Assembly (NCBI GenBank): GCA_944372675.1
Contig: CALVZW010000003.1
Coordinates: 1-39,905, forward strand
From: an uncultured Clostridia bacterium
GTDB lineage: Bacteria > Bacillota > Clostridia > Christensenellales > UBA1242
Direction of reading: 5' to 3'
Length of the DNA stretch: 39,905 nucleotides
Shown: piece after piece, positions 26,872 to 36,424 of the stretch
Position numbering within the stretch: position 1 is the first letter of the stretch
How the letters are laid out: every line of letters starts with the position of its first letter
The notes under the pieces: model-generated
Databases searched by the model: none
What the model was told of the DNA's origin: nothing
What the model saw: the letters and a program-made list of their open reading frames with translations, nothing else
Made by a program: the position numbers and the translations under genes

Positions 26872-27330
26872 CTAAAAATCAATTTTTAATTTAGCACTTG
26901 CTATATCTTTCATATTAATTTCAATATTTTGTTGTTTTACTTGTAAAACAATGCTATCATCTTTAACTTCAACAAGCAACCCAACTAATTCTTTTTGTTT
27001 TTCAATAGGTTTAAATAATTTTACTTCAAGTTCTTGATTTAATCTATATAAAAACTCTTTTTTATTTTTTAGTTGCCTTGTCAATCCAAAAGATGAAACG
27101 CTTAAATTGTATGCTTGACCGTTAGAAACATCCGCATTTTCAACCATAGCATCAATTGCGTTATGTACTTTTTCGCAATCGTCAATTGTAACGCCACCAT
27201 CCTTGTCAATAAAGACAGTTAAAGTCATTTCGTCGCCTTCTTTAGCATATTCGACTTCAATTAGTCGACAATTACAACTTTGAATAATTGGTTCAATGTC
27301 TTTTTCAATTTTTACTAACTTTTCGTTCAT
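26872..27330 (-). CDS. rimP: Ribosome maturation factor RimP
   Basis: LTVFIDKDGGVTIDDCEKV, YNLSVSS.GL.R.L; first gene of the nusA operon. Confidence 0.93.
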   Translation of the reverse strand: MNEKLVKIEKDIEPIIQSCNCRLIEVEYAKEGDEMTLTVFIDKDGGVTIDDCEKVHNAIDAMVENADVSNGQAYNLSVSSFGLTRQLKNKKEFLYRLNQELEVKLFKPIEKQKELVGLLVEVKDDSIVLQVKQQNIEINMKDIASAKLKIDF

Positions 27331-27347
27331 AAATTCCCCTTATAAAA

Positions 27348-27372
27348 TTGAGAGTGGCAAAGCCACTCTCAA
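27348..27372 (-). promoter_or_regulatory. rimP 5' leader hairpin
   Basis: Perfect 11-bp GC-rich stem TTGAGAGTGGC / GCCACTCTCAA between promoter and RBS. Confidence 0.7.
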
Positions 27373-27384
27373 CATTGTAACTTT

Positions 27385-27413
27385 ATTATATCAAATAAAT
27401 ATGATATAGTCAA
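27385..27413 (-). promoter_or_regulatory. sigmaA promoter of the rimP-nusA operon
   Basis: TTGACT-17-TATAAT with TG extension. Confidence 0.75.
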
Positions 27414-27418
27414 GTATT

Positions 27419-27730
27419 TTATTCATTATTTTCATTATCTTCGTCAAGTAATTTGTAATAAGCATCAAATACTGCATCAATTACTGCATCATCTTCAACA
27501 ACTGATAAAACTTCATCAGATTCTTCATCAGCATCTAACAAGAATACTATTGCTTCGTCATCAGCAACCCCTTCCATTTTTTCTACAGGTTTTAAAATCG
27601 CGTAAACTTCGTTTTGATAAGGAATAATTGCGATTTGTTCAAATTCAACTTCCTTGTCATTTTCGTCATAAAGAACGATTGTTCCAAGATCATTTTCATC
27701 TAATAATCTTTCAATTGCATTTTTTTCCAT
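27419..27730 (-). CDS. DUF1292 (YrzB-like) acidic protein
   Basis: IVLYDENDKEVEFE, YAILKP, VEDD....AVFDAY; directly downstream of ruvX. Confidence 0.85.
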   Translation of the reverse strand: MEKNAIERLLDENDLGTIVLYDENDKEVEFEQIAIIPYQNEVYAILKPVEKMEGVADDEAIVFLLDADEESDEVLSVVEDDAVIDAVFDAYYKLLDEDNENNE

Positions 27731-27739
27731 AATTAACTC

Positions 27740-28153
27740 CTATATACTTTTTTTGTCTAAATAACTTTGTAGAATAAAAGTGGCTGCAATTTTATCAATA
27801 ACCTGTTTCCTATCCTTTCTTGAAACATTGGCATCAATTAACATTTTTTCGGCACTGACAGTTGTTAATCGTTCATCAATAAATTCTATTTTTTGACTAC
27901 AATATTTTTTAAGTTGATCGGCAAATTCGTAAGTTTCTTTGCATTTTTCTCCTTGAGTTCCATCCATATTTAATGGTAAACCAAAAACTATAACATCAAC
28001 TTCGTTTGCATTTGCAACATCTGCTATATGTTTTAAATCCAATTCAAGTGATTTTCTATGGTAGGTTTCAAGTGCTGATGCAAAAATATTTAATGCATCC
28101 GACAATGCTAAACCAATTCTTACTTGTCCTAAATCAACTCCCAACTTTCTCAT
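27740..28153 (-). CDS. ruvX: YqgF/RuvX family pre-16S rRNA nuclease
   Basis: LGVDLGQVRIGLALSD, GLPLNMDG, DERLTT, IDKIAATFILQSYLD. Confidence 0.95.
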   Translation of the reverse strand: MRKLGVDLGQVRIGLALSDALNIFASALETYHRKSLELDLKHIADVANANEVDVIVFGLPLNMDGTQGEKCKETYEFADQLKKYCSQKIEFIDERLTTVSAEKMLIDANVSRKDRKQVIDKIAATFILQSYLDKKSI

Positions 28154-28285
28154 ACTTGCCTGCCACTGTGTTTATTTTAACATATAAAATTAAAAAATCA
28201 AAGCATTTAACAACAAATTTAAAACAAAACTTTTAAATATTTACAAATAAATTTAAAGTTAGACATTTTATTTAAGTAAAAAATA

Positions 28286-28822
28286 TTACTTACTAGTTAC
28301 TGCTTTTATTATGTCATCAACAATTTTGTTTAATGATTCAGGTAATGAATCCGCAAATTCATATTGAATGTTATATTTATTTAAAATTTCCAATGTAGTT
28401 TGCCCTACTTCATCCGCTTGTTTTTCCGATTGATGTCTACCATTTGTATCATATTCAACAACTCTATTTAAATAATAATTCCAATTATTAAATGAATTGT
28501 TTACACTTGCAATAAAAGTATTAAATTCTTCTTTAGCACACTCTAAATTATTGTAATAAATGCTAATTAATGGAGGTGCATCAGTTATAACAACATCAAC
28601 TTTATCCATTAACCTTGCAATTCTATAAAATTGGTTTCCAAAAATATATACTTGATTTTCAAAAGCAGTAAAATTTTCTTCAAAAAATAGTTCTTTAGCA
28701 AATTCAGGTGCCATTTCACAATTTATGCCCCTCATTTTGAGTGCAGCAAATATATAAGCCATGGCAGTAGATTTTCCTGAACCTGGAGCACCAAATAAAT
28801 TTATAACAATATTTTTTTTCAT
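28286..28822 (-). CDS. P-loop NTPase/kinase, NadR/Ttd14 (AAA_28)-like
   Basis: INLFGAPGSGKST Walker A, EFAKE, VVITDAPPL, YDTNGRHQS. Confidence 0.7.
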   Translation of the reverse strand: MKKNIVINLFGAPGSGKSTAMAYIFAALKMRGINCEMAPEFAKELFFEENFTAFENQVYIFGNQFYRIARLMDKVDVVITDAPPLISIYYNNLECAKEEFNTFIASVNNSFNNWNYYLNRVVEYDTNGRHQSEKQADEVGQTTLEILNKYNIQYEFADSLPESLNKIVDDIIKAVTSK

Positions 28823-28904
28823 TTTAATTCCTTTTATTCATAAATTTTAGCAAACTGCAAATACTACAATGAAACCAACAAAGGTTTCTAATAGGAGGCA
28901 CAAG

Positions 28905-29039
28905 ATGAAAGAAGGTTTAATACTTGGAATGCTTGCAGGCATTGTAGTCGGTGCGATTTTAGTTAACACTAGTAAGCCTGTTCAACAAATGGTTGAAAAA
29001 GGCAAAGCCGAACTAAAAAAACAAGTAGAAAAGTTATAA
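28905..29039 (+). CDS. 44-aa single-pass membrane protein (YtxH-like architecture), not in ORF track
   Basis: AGGAGG 6 nt before ATG; MKEGLILGMLAGIVVGAILVNTSKPVQQMVEKGKAELKKQVEKL; fills an otherwise empty gap. Confidence 0.85.
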   Translation: MKEGLILGMLAGIVVGAILVNTSKPVQQMVEKGKAELKKQVEKL

Positions 29040-29138
29040 TCAGTTTATTTTTGCTAAATAGACATTTGTTATACATACTTTAATTAAAGTTAAGTCTATT
29101 TTACACCTCAACTAATTATAACAATCTTACATCTATTG

Positions 29139-29170
29139 AAAGAGTCTTTTAGGACTCTTTTTATTTTTTT
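29139..29170 (+). terminator. Intrinsic terminator (possibly bidirectional)
   Basis: AAAGAGTC-TTTTAG-GACTCTTT followed by a T-tract on the + strand; abuts the stop of the convergent gene. Confidence 0.65.
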
Positions 29171-29868
29171 GCAACAAGTTTGTTAAAAACATAATCGTCA
29201 AGATATTCTTGCAAAAATGGATACTTATTTACTGGATTTTTATCGTTATAAGCTAAATCAAATCTAAGCAAATATCTATCAAAATCGCCATTAAATCCAC
29301 TTTCAAACAAATTAAGCAACTTTTCTTTATCATTTTCTGCTTCAACAATATGCAACAAAACGACATCACCGCGTTTTACATGCTCCAAAAATGCGAGCAT
29401 CGCGTGATTATTACTTAACCAATCTTTTTGTTTAAATATAATATCAGTCAATTCTTTTGAAAAGACATCTTTTTTAGCAACACATATTATGTTAGCATCA
29501 GTATTTATTAATTGAAGTCCAAATACTCCTTTTTGACGCTTTTTATATGTGAAAGCGATTGCTAGAATTTCCCATTCGTAGTTAGTTTTTCTTGACATCA
29601 AAGACGAAATATCATTAGCGAATTTTTGTATATCAATAAACCCACCAATAATTAAATCGTCTTGATACCTACTCATAATTGTATTGATACTGTTAATATC
29701 TTCATTAATTACATCATAAAATTGTTTGTATTTTTGCTTAGTTGCTTCGCTAAAATTTTTTATTTCTTCATATTCTTGTTGTTGTAATTCTTTTTTTTCT
29801 TTAAGTTTGGCAAACAAATCTTTTCGTTCTTTTGATATTATATCAAAAACTTCAGCATAATCTTTCAT
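29161..29868 (-). CDS. Hypothetical protein with N-terminal coiled coil
   Basis: 235-aa ORF, GGGAGGT RBS, 16 bp downstream of hpf. Confidence 0.75.
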   Translation of the reverse strand: MKDYAEVFDIISKERKDLFAKLKEKKELQQQEYEEIKNFSEATKQKYKQFYDVINEDINSINTIMSRYQDDLIIGGFIDIQKFANDISSLMSRKTNYEWEILAIAFTYKKRQKGVFGLQLINTDANIICVAKKDVFSKELTDIIFKQKDWLSNNHAMLAFLEHVKRGDVVLLHIVEAENDKEKLLNLFESGFNGDFDRYLLRFDLAYNDKNPVNKYPFLQEYLDDYVFNKLVAKK

Positions 29869-29884
29869 TGTTTACCTCCCATAA

Positions 29885-30415
29885 TTAATATTCAAGTTCA
29901 ATATGTCCAAAATCATTGTCATGACGGCGATAAACAACATTAACTTTTCCTGTTTCAGCATTAAGGAAAACATAAAAATCGTGGTCTGTCATTTCAAGAC
30001 TTGCGATTGCATCTTCAACATCAGTTGGATCAAGTTCAAATTTCTTTGTTCTTGTAACTTTATTGTGTACAACTTTTGGTTCATCAGCCAAAAATTCAAG
30101 TTCTGGAACATCAAATGACGATTTTTTAAATCTGTCTTTAAATTTGTCTTTGTTTTTATAAACTTGTCTTTCAATTTTTGAAAGTGCTGTGTCAATATTT
30201 ACATACATATTGTCGCTTGCTACTTCACTTCTAAAAAATGAATACTTGTCTTTAATTGTTATTTCCATTTTGTAAAGCCCGTTTTCGTATTTACAATAAA
30301 CTTGTGCTTTAGCCTCTGAATTAAAATATCTATCTAATCTGTCAATTTTCTTTGTAATGATATCTTTTAATTTTTCACTTACATTATAATTTTTTGATAA
30401 TATTTCTAATTGCAT
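29885..30415 (-). CDS. hpf: Long-form ribosome hibernation promoting factor
   Basis: KKIDRLDRYF, DNMY..ID.ALSKIERQV.KNK, DHDFYVFLNAETGKVNVVYRRHD..FGHIE; promoter TTGCTA-17-TAGAAT. Confidence 0.95.
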   Translation of the reverse strand: MQLEILSKNYNVSEKLKDIITKKIDRLDRYFNSEAKAQVYCKYENGLYKMEITIKDKYSFFRSEVASDNMYVNIDTALSKIERQVYKNKDKFKDRFKKSSFDVPELEFLADEPKVVHNKVTRTKKFELDPTDVEDAIASLEMTDHDFYVFLNAETGKVNVVYRRHDNDFGHIELEY

Positions 30416-30496
30416 AATTCACCTCTTAATTACCTTTGATATTCTATCAAAATTTATTAGTTTTAGCAAGCAAAATTAACTACAATTTAATTAAAG

Positions 30497-31792
30497 TTAG
30501 ATTTTGCTCTCATTTTTCAATCTTTTAATTGCTTTATTACATTCAAATACAATTTTTTCAACATCAATAAAATCCGCAAATTTGCCGTTTTCATATAAAA
30601 TTTGTCCGTTAACCATAGTCATTTTTACATTTTCAGGTTTTGCTGAATAAACAACATTTGAATAATAATCATTAATTGGAATCATATTTACATCTTTTGT
30701 AGAAATTCTAATTAAATCTGCCTTGTAGCCAACCTTTACTTCCCCTATTTTGTCTTGCAAGTTTAAGGCTTTTGCTCCATTTAAAGTTGCCATTTGTAAC
30801 ATAAATGGTGCGGACATAATATCTGTTTGATGCAAATTTACTTTTTGTAGCAATGATGCTAAATACATTTCGCGGAACATATCTAATGAATTATTACTTG
30901 CCGCACCATCTGTTCCTAAACAAACATTAATATTGGCTTGTAGCATCGAATAAATAGGCGCAATTCCACTGCCAAGTTTCATATTGCTTGCTGGACAATG
31001 AGCAACTGAAACATTGTGTTGATTTAAAATATCATAGTCGTCTTTGTCAATATAAACACTGTGTGCTATTAAACATTTATGTTCAAAAAAACCAATATTT
31101 TGAAGAAGTTGCACTGGAGTTTTATTGTATTTACCTACGCAATCACCAATCTCGCCTAATGTTTCCGAAACATGTATGTGCATAGGCAAATTAAATTCTT
31201 TAGCAATAAATACAGTATCTTCAAGTCCTTTTGTATCAATAGTGTAAATTGAATGAGCATAAGCCATATAACTTACTAAGTCATTATTATGTGGTAAAGA
31301 TATATATTCTTCTTTTAAGGATTTATATCTATCTTCATATAAAGTTGCTCCTAACGCACAAACGCATCTTGTACCTAATTTTATATTAGCATCAACTATT
31401 GATTTTGGGAAAAAGTAGGCATCTAGATTTGTTGTTATACCGCTTTTTATGCTTTCTAAAAGCCCTAATTGTGTGCCATAAAATACATCATCAGGTTGCA
31501 AATATTTTTCAATTACAAACATATTTTCATATAGCCATTGTTGAAGTTCCACATCATCTTTTAATCCCCTAAATAAAGACATTGCATTATGTGCGTGCGC
31601 ATTCACAAAACCAGCACATAAAATATCATCTTCAAAATCAATGATGCGATCTGCAACAAATGCTTGTGAAAACAAATTATCATTTTCGCCAACAAATGTT
31701 ATAGTACTATCTTCTATACAAACGGTATATTTTTCTAAAACTTTAGAGTTTTCAACATCTAAAATCGTTGCATTAACAATTTTTATTTTCAT
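30497..31792 (-). CDS. mtaD: Amidohydrolase, MTA/SAH deaminase family
   Basis: GFVNAHAH, HIHVSET, HCPASNMKLGSG, GTDGAASNNSLDMF. Confidence 0.8.
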   Translation of the reverse strand: MKIKIVNATILDVENSKVLEKYTVCIEDSTITFVGENDNLFSQAFVADRIIDFEDDILCAGFVNAHAHNAMSLFRGLKDDVELQQWLYENMFVIEKYLQPDDVFYGTQLGLLESIKSGITTNLDAYFFPKSIVDANIKLGTRCVCALGATLYEDRYKSLKEEYISLPHNNDLVSYMAYAHSIYTIDTKGLEDTVFIAKEFNLPMHIHVSETLGEIGDCVGKYNKTPVQLLQNIGFFEHKCLIAHSVYIDKDDYDILNQHNVSVAHCPASNMKLGSGIAPIYSMLQANINVCLGTDGAASNNSLDMFREMYLASLLQKVNLHQTDIMSAPFMLQMATLNGAKALNLQDKIGEVKVGYKADLIRISTKDVNMIPINDYYSNVVYSAKPENVKMTMVNGQILYENGKFADFIDVEKIVFECNKAIKRLKNESKI

Positions 31793-31799
31793 AAAACAC

Positions 31800-33194
31800 C
31801 TAAACTAATTTTAAAATTTTGTCTGCAATATATAATCCGTGTGCGGCAGCGTGGCTTAAACTTCGTGTAAAACCGCCACCATCACCTATTGCATAAACAT
31901 TCTTGCAACCCTTTATTTCAAAATCATCAGTTTCAGGTCTTGTAGCATAGTATTTACATTCTATACCATATAACAATGTATCAGTGTTAGCAGTTCCTGG
32001 TGCAATTTTATCTAATGCAAAAATAGTTTCAACAATATTATCTAATTGTCTTTTTGGCATACACAATGCTAAATCACCTGGTACTGCTTCAAGTGTAGGA
32101 CGAGTAGTAGATTGTGCAAGTCTTTCAGGTGTTGTTCTTCTACCCTTGATTAAATCTCCAAATCTTTGAACTAAAACGCTACCACCACTAATTTTGTTAG
32201 CAAGTGATGCAACATACCGTGCGTACTCAATTGGTTCTTTAAAAGGTTGAGTAAATGTACTTGTAGATAGCAAAGCAAAATTACTATTTTTTGTTTTCTT
32301 ATCTTCTTGTGCATAACTATGTCCGTTAATTGTTAAGACACTGTCTGTATTTTCCATAACAACATGCCCTCTTTCATTAAAGCAGAACATACGCACAACA
32401 TCACCATAACCTTTTGTTCTATACCAAACTTTAGGTTCGTATATTTGTTTGCTAAAATTTTCCCAAATGATAGATGGTAATTCAACACGAACACCTAAAT
32501 CTACTTGATTATTGTTGCATTCAACTCCATTTTTATCACACCAATTTCTAAAATCTTGACTACCTGCTCTACCAACAGCAAAAACAATGTGTTTACCTTG
32601 TACAGAAACTTCAGTATTTTGATAATGAAATAACACTGTATTAGTAGATTTATCTACATCAAAAACTTTAGCACGAGTTAAAATTGTAATTTTTGTTTTT
32701 AAAAATTCAATTAATTTTAACATTGTAAAATAATTTTCATCTGTACCTAAATGTTTTAAATCGGTTTGTCGTAAATGTAAATCATATTTTAAGCACTCTT
32801 TTTTTAATTCGTCATTAGGGTGGAAAACTTTGGTAGTAGCACCAAAATTCACTAAAACATCATCGGCTTGTTTAATGTAAGAATACACCACTTCTTGAGG
32901 TAAATAATCAGTTAACCAACCACCATACTCAGTTCCTATGATGTATTTTCCATCACTAAATGCCCCAGCACCAGCCATACCACTCATAATGGCACAATTA
33001 GCGCACTTTAAACAACCACCTTTACCGTGATTGTTGACAATCAAAGGACATTTTCTTTCTGCTAAATCATTGCCCTTTTCAATAAGTAAAATTTTTAATT
33101 TGTCATTTTCTTGACACAACCTGTAAGCAGTCATAATACCGCCAATTCCACCCCCGATGATGATAACATCATATTTGCTTAAAATTTCATTCAT
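31800..33194 (-). CDS. FAD-dependent oxidoreductase (uncharacterised dehydrogenase family)
   Basis: IIGGGIGG FAD motif, C..C..C + GAGAFSDGK, VDLGVRVE, IGDGGGFTRSL. Confidence 0.85.
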   Translation of the reverse strand: MNEILSKYDVIIIGGGIGGIMTAYRLCQENDKLKILLIEKGNDLAERKCPLIVNNHGKGGCLKCANCAIMSGMAGAGAFSDGKYIIGTEYGGWLTDYLPQEVVYSYIKQADDVLVNFGATTKVFHPNDELKKECLKYDLHLRQTDLKHLGTDENYFTMLKLIEFLKTKITILTRAKVFDVDKSTNTVLFHYQNTEVSVQGKHIVFAVGRAGSQDFRNWCDKNGVECNNNQVDLGVRVELPSIIWENFSKQIYEPKVWYRTKGYGDVVRMFCFNERGHVVMENTDSVLTINGHSYAQEDKKTKNSNFALLSTSTFTQPFKEPIEYARYVASLANKISGGSVLVQRFGDLIKGRRTTPERLAQSTTRPTLEAVPGDLALCMPKRQLDNIVETIFALDKIAPGTANTDTLLYGIECKYYATRPETDDFEIKGCKNVYAIGDGGGFTRSLSHAAAHGLYIADKILKLV

Positions 33195-33217
33195 AATTTA
33201 ACTCCAATTTTTAATTT

Positions 33218-36200
33218 TTATTCATTTGTGTATTTATAAATTGCTGATATCTTATTGCCGACTTTGTTTGTTGTTAAACTCTTTCCCTTGCCCTGCTTTT
33301 TATCTGGGAAAAATTCCTTGTAAGTTTTTTTAATAAAATTGTCATTACCAGCAAATTTTATAACATATTCAGCATCCTTGTCCGCTATGTCAACAAACAA
33401 TATTTCATCATTATCTGCTAGTGCAAACACTTTTGCTCCTTTTCGTGCTCTTTGCGATAATTCAATGTTCCCAACATTAAATCTTTTACCAAGTCCTTTC
33501 TTTGTAGCAAGAATAAGTTCGCCACTTAAGCCCATTAGCCCTGCATATACTAAATGGTCATTGTCATTTAAATTGATACCTTTAACACCTTGGCTAATTC
33601 TTCCGCTTAAAGGTATTGAACTTACTTCACAATTAAGAGCCATACCAGATTTTGATATCATCAGTAAAGTTTTGTTTGCTTTAGATTTAATAACATTTAT
33701 TACTTCATCATTATCTTTAAGTTTAATTGCTAAATATTTTTGCTTAGCAACATCATATTCAATTAAACTTGTTCTCTTTAATAAACCAAATTTAGTTACA
33801 AAAATTAATTCACTCTTGTCTTTTTTGTCAATTTCAAACATCGCCAATATTTTTTCATTAACATCTAATTCTTTGCAAACAGTTCTTACCCCTACACCTT
33901 TATCACGCCATTTTGCTTCTTTTATGTCTTCAACTGCAATTCGGCAAGCATTTCCCTTATCGGTAAAAGCAACCAAAATTTTATCAGTAGTAGTCTTTAA
34001 AATGTTGTAATGCAATTCATTTTCTGTCATTTGCGAATTGTATTCTTTGATAGTGGTTTCAAAGTGTTTAGGTTGCATTCTTTTTATTGTTCCATTTTGC
34101 GTCAAAGCAACTATTGTGTCTTCAACAACTTTGTTGGCTTCCAAAATACTTTCTATGTCAATTTCTCCAAAACTTTTAACAATTTTTGTTAATCTTGGCA
34201 TACTATATTTTCTTCGTATTTCCAACATTTCTTCTTTAATTACTTCAAGTTGAAGTTTTTTAGAATTTAAAATTGCAGTCAATTTTTCAATTAATATTTT
34301 TAATTCATTTATTTCTTGTTCAATTTTGTAAACTTCAAGACTTGTTAATCTTGCTAAACGCATATCCAAAATTGCTTGTGCTTGTTTTTCAGATAATAAA
34401 AATCTTTGTCTTAAGCGTACTTTTGCCTCAGTAGTATTTGGGCTTGTTTTAATAATAGCGACAACTTCATCAATGTTAACAATTGCAATATGAAGCCCTT
34501 CTAAAATATGCATTCTTTCTTTTGCATTATTTAAATCAAATCTTGTTCTTCTAACAATTATACTAACTTGGTAATTAAGATAATATTTTAAAATTTCCAT
34601 TAAACCTAATTGTTTAGGCTTACCATCAGCAATTGCAACCATATTTATACCAAAAGTTGACTGCAAATCGCTGTACTTATATAATAAATTGAGAATATCA
34701 TTAGCATTGTATCCCGCCTTAACAGTAATGACTGCTCTTGTTCCACTGCGGTCAGATTCGTCTTTAATGTCTTGAATCCCTAACAACGCACCTTTCTTAT
34801 CTTCACGAATATCGGCAATTTTTGAAAGTAAAGAAGATTTATTCTTTTGATAAGGTATTTCAGTAATTACAATATTTGTCTTGCCATTGCCAGCATCTTC
34901 AAAATGAGTTTTAGCACGAATTGTAATTTTACCCCTACCCGTTTCATAGGCTTGATATAACTCATCTGTTGAAATGATTGCACCAGTTGGAAAATCTGGC
35001 CCTTTAATAATTTTCATCATTTCTTTTAAACTAATTGAAGGATGTTCAATCAAAGCAATTACACCATCAATAACTTCGTTTAAGTTGTGTGGCGGGATGT
35101 TAGTAGCAAGTCCAACCGCAATACCAACCGCACCATTAACAAGTAAATTTGGGAATCTCCCAGGAAGTGTATTTGGTTCTTTAAGAGTATCGTCAAAGTT
35201 AAAACTCCACTCAACAGTGTCTTTTTCTAAATCCCTTAAAAGTTCCATAGCAAGTGGCGCTAATTTTGCTTCGGTATATCTCATTGCCGCCGCACTATCA
35301 CCATCAACTGAACCGAAATTACCGTGTCCCTGCACAAGTATACCACGCATATTAAATGGTTGAGCCATTCTTACCATAGCATCATAAACCGATGTATCAC
35401 CGTGCGGATGATATTTACCTAAACAATCACCAACAATTCTAGCACATTTTCGATATTGTTTGTCTGGCGTCATTCCCAATTCAAGCATTGTATATAAAAT
35501 TCTTCTTTGAACTGGTTTTAAACCATCTTCAACTCTAGGAAGTGCCCTATCAAGCAAGACGAACTCGCTGTAAGGAATCATAGAATTATGAAGCACTTCG
35601 TCAATAGATTGAACTATCAAACCGCCGTCTATTTTCCCTCCGCCTTTCATTGTTTTATCTTGTTTCGGCTCTTGGTCGTTATAAGCCATTTTCTTTACCT
35701 CTTTTTTTATTTCGTTAGTAATAGAACTTTGTTTTACCTTATCTATTCTATTTTTGTTTTCAAAATTTTCTTTCTTTTCAAAATTAATATTTTCATTAAA
35801 ATTATCTAGATTTTCTTCGTCTTTAACATTAGTTTCAACATTTAAGTTTTCTTCGTAATTATTAAAATTTTCATTTTGCTTTATATAATATTTATCAGCA
35901 CTCTCTCTCTGCTCATTTTCAAAATTACTATTCTTATCTTCACTTTCAAAAACAAACTCATTTATACTTTCGTCTTCCTGAGTATATTCAACTTGATTAA
36001 TTTTTTTATATTCATTGTTATCATTGCTTTCAGTATTTTCTATCTCATTTACTTCTCTATCATTATTTTCTAAAAAGTTTTTTAACTTATGTGATGCACC
36101 TTGTTTAGTTATCTTATTTTCTTCTATGTTGTTGTCTTTATATTTATCTAAATTTGTTTTATCATTATGTTGACTAATATCTTCTTTTTCATTGTTATTT

Positions 36201-36382
36201 TGATTATTTGGTTTTACATTTTCATAGTAACTAAATAAATCTAATTGTCCCTCAATGGGTTTGTTTGTAAACTCTTCACTTTCTTCATCATCCAAATTCC
36301 TTTGAGGTAATTCAAATATTGACATTTGCCCCTCAATAGGTTCATTTGTGAATTCTTCATCCTCTTCGTCAAAATAAGACAC
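33218..36382 (-). CDS. parC: Type IIA topoisomerase subunit A (ParC-like) with ~230-aa acidic N-terminal extension
   Basis: [23 protein letters not shown], catalytic AAMRYTE, beta-pinwheel CTD without a canonical GyrA box; GTG start after AGGAG. Family is certain; ParC versus GyrA is inferred. Confidence 0.8.
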   Translation of the reverse strand: MSYFDEEDEEFTNEPIEGQMSIFELPQRNLDDEESEEFTNKPIEGQLDLFSYYENVKPNNQNNNEKEDISQHNDKTNLDKYKDNNIEENKITKQGASHKLKNFLENNDREVNEIENTESNDNNEYKKINQVEYTQEDESINEFVFESEDKNSNFENEQRESADKYYIKQNENFNNYEENLNVETNVKDEENLDNFNENINFEKKENFENKNRIDKVKQSSITNEIKKEVKKMAYNDQEPKQDKTMKGGGKIDGGLIVQSIDEVLHNSMIPYSEFVLLDRALPRVEDGLKPVQRRILYTMLELGMTPDKQYRKCARIVGDCLGKYHPHGDTSVYDAMVRMAQPFNMRGILVQGHGNFGSVDGDSAAAMRYTEAKLAPLAMELLRDLEKDTVEWSFNFDDTLKEPNTLPGRFPNLLVNGAVGIAVGLATNIPPHNLNEVIDGVIALIEHPSISLKEMMKIIKGPDFPTGAIISTDELYQAYETGRGKITIRAKTHFEDAGNGKTNIVITEIPYQKNKSSLLSKIADIREDKKGALLGIQDIKDESDRSGTRAVITVKAGYNANDILNLLYKYSDLQSTFGINMVAIADGKPKQLGLMEILKYYLNYQVSIIVRRTRFDLNNAKERMHILEGLHIAIVNIDEVVAIIKTSPNTTEAKVRLRQRFLLSEKQAQAILDMRLARLTSLEVYKIEQEINELKILIEKLTAILNSKKLQLEVIKEEMLEIRRKYSMPRLTKIVKSFGEIDIESILEANKVVEDTIVALTQNGTIKRMQPKHFETTIKEYNSQMTENELHYNILKTTTDKILVAFTDKGNACRIAVEDIKEAKWRDKGVGVRTVCKELDVNEKILAMFEIDKKDKSELIFVTKFGLLKRTSLIEYDVAKQKYLAIKLKDNDEVINVIKSKANKTLLMISKSGMALNCEVSSIPLSGRISQGVKGINLNDNDHLVYAGLMGLSGELILATKKGLGKRFNVGNIELSQRARKGAKVFALADNDEILFVDIADKDAEYVIKFAGNDNFIKKTYKEFFPDKKQGKGKSLTTNKVGNKISAIYKYTNE

Positions 36383-36424
36383 AACATTCTCCTAAACATT
36401 ATTATAAGTTAAAAAACTAAACTG

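Noticed and set aside
33339-35363. + strand ORFs (223, 129 aa and others) opposite the topoisomerase A gene
   Set aside because: Antisense shadow frames caused by codon bias.
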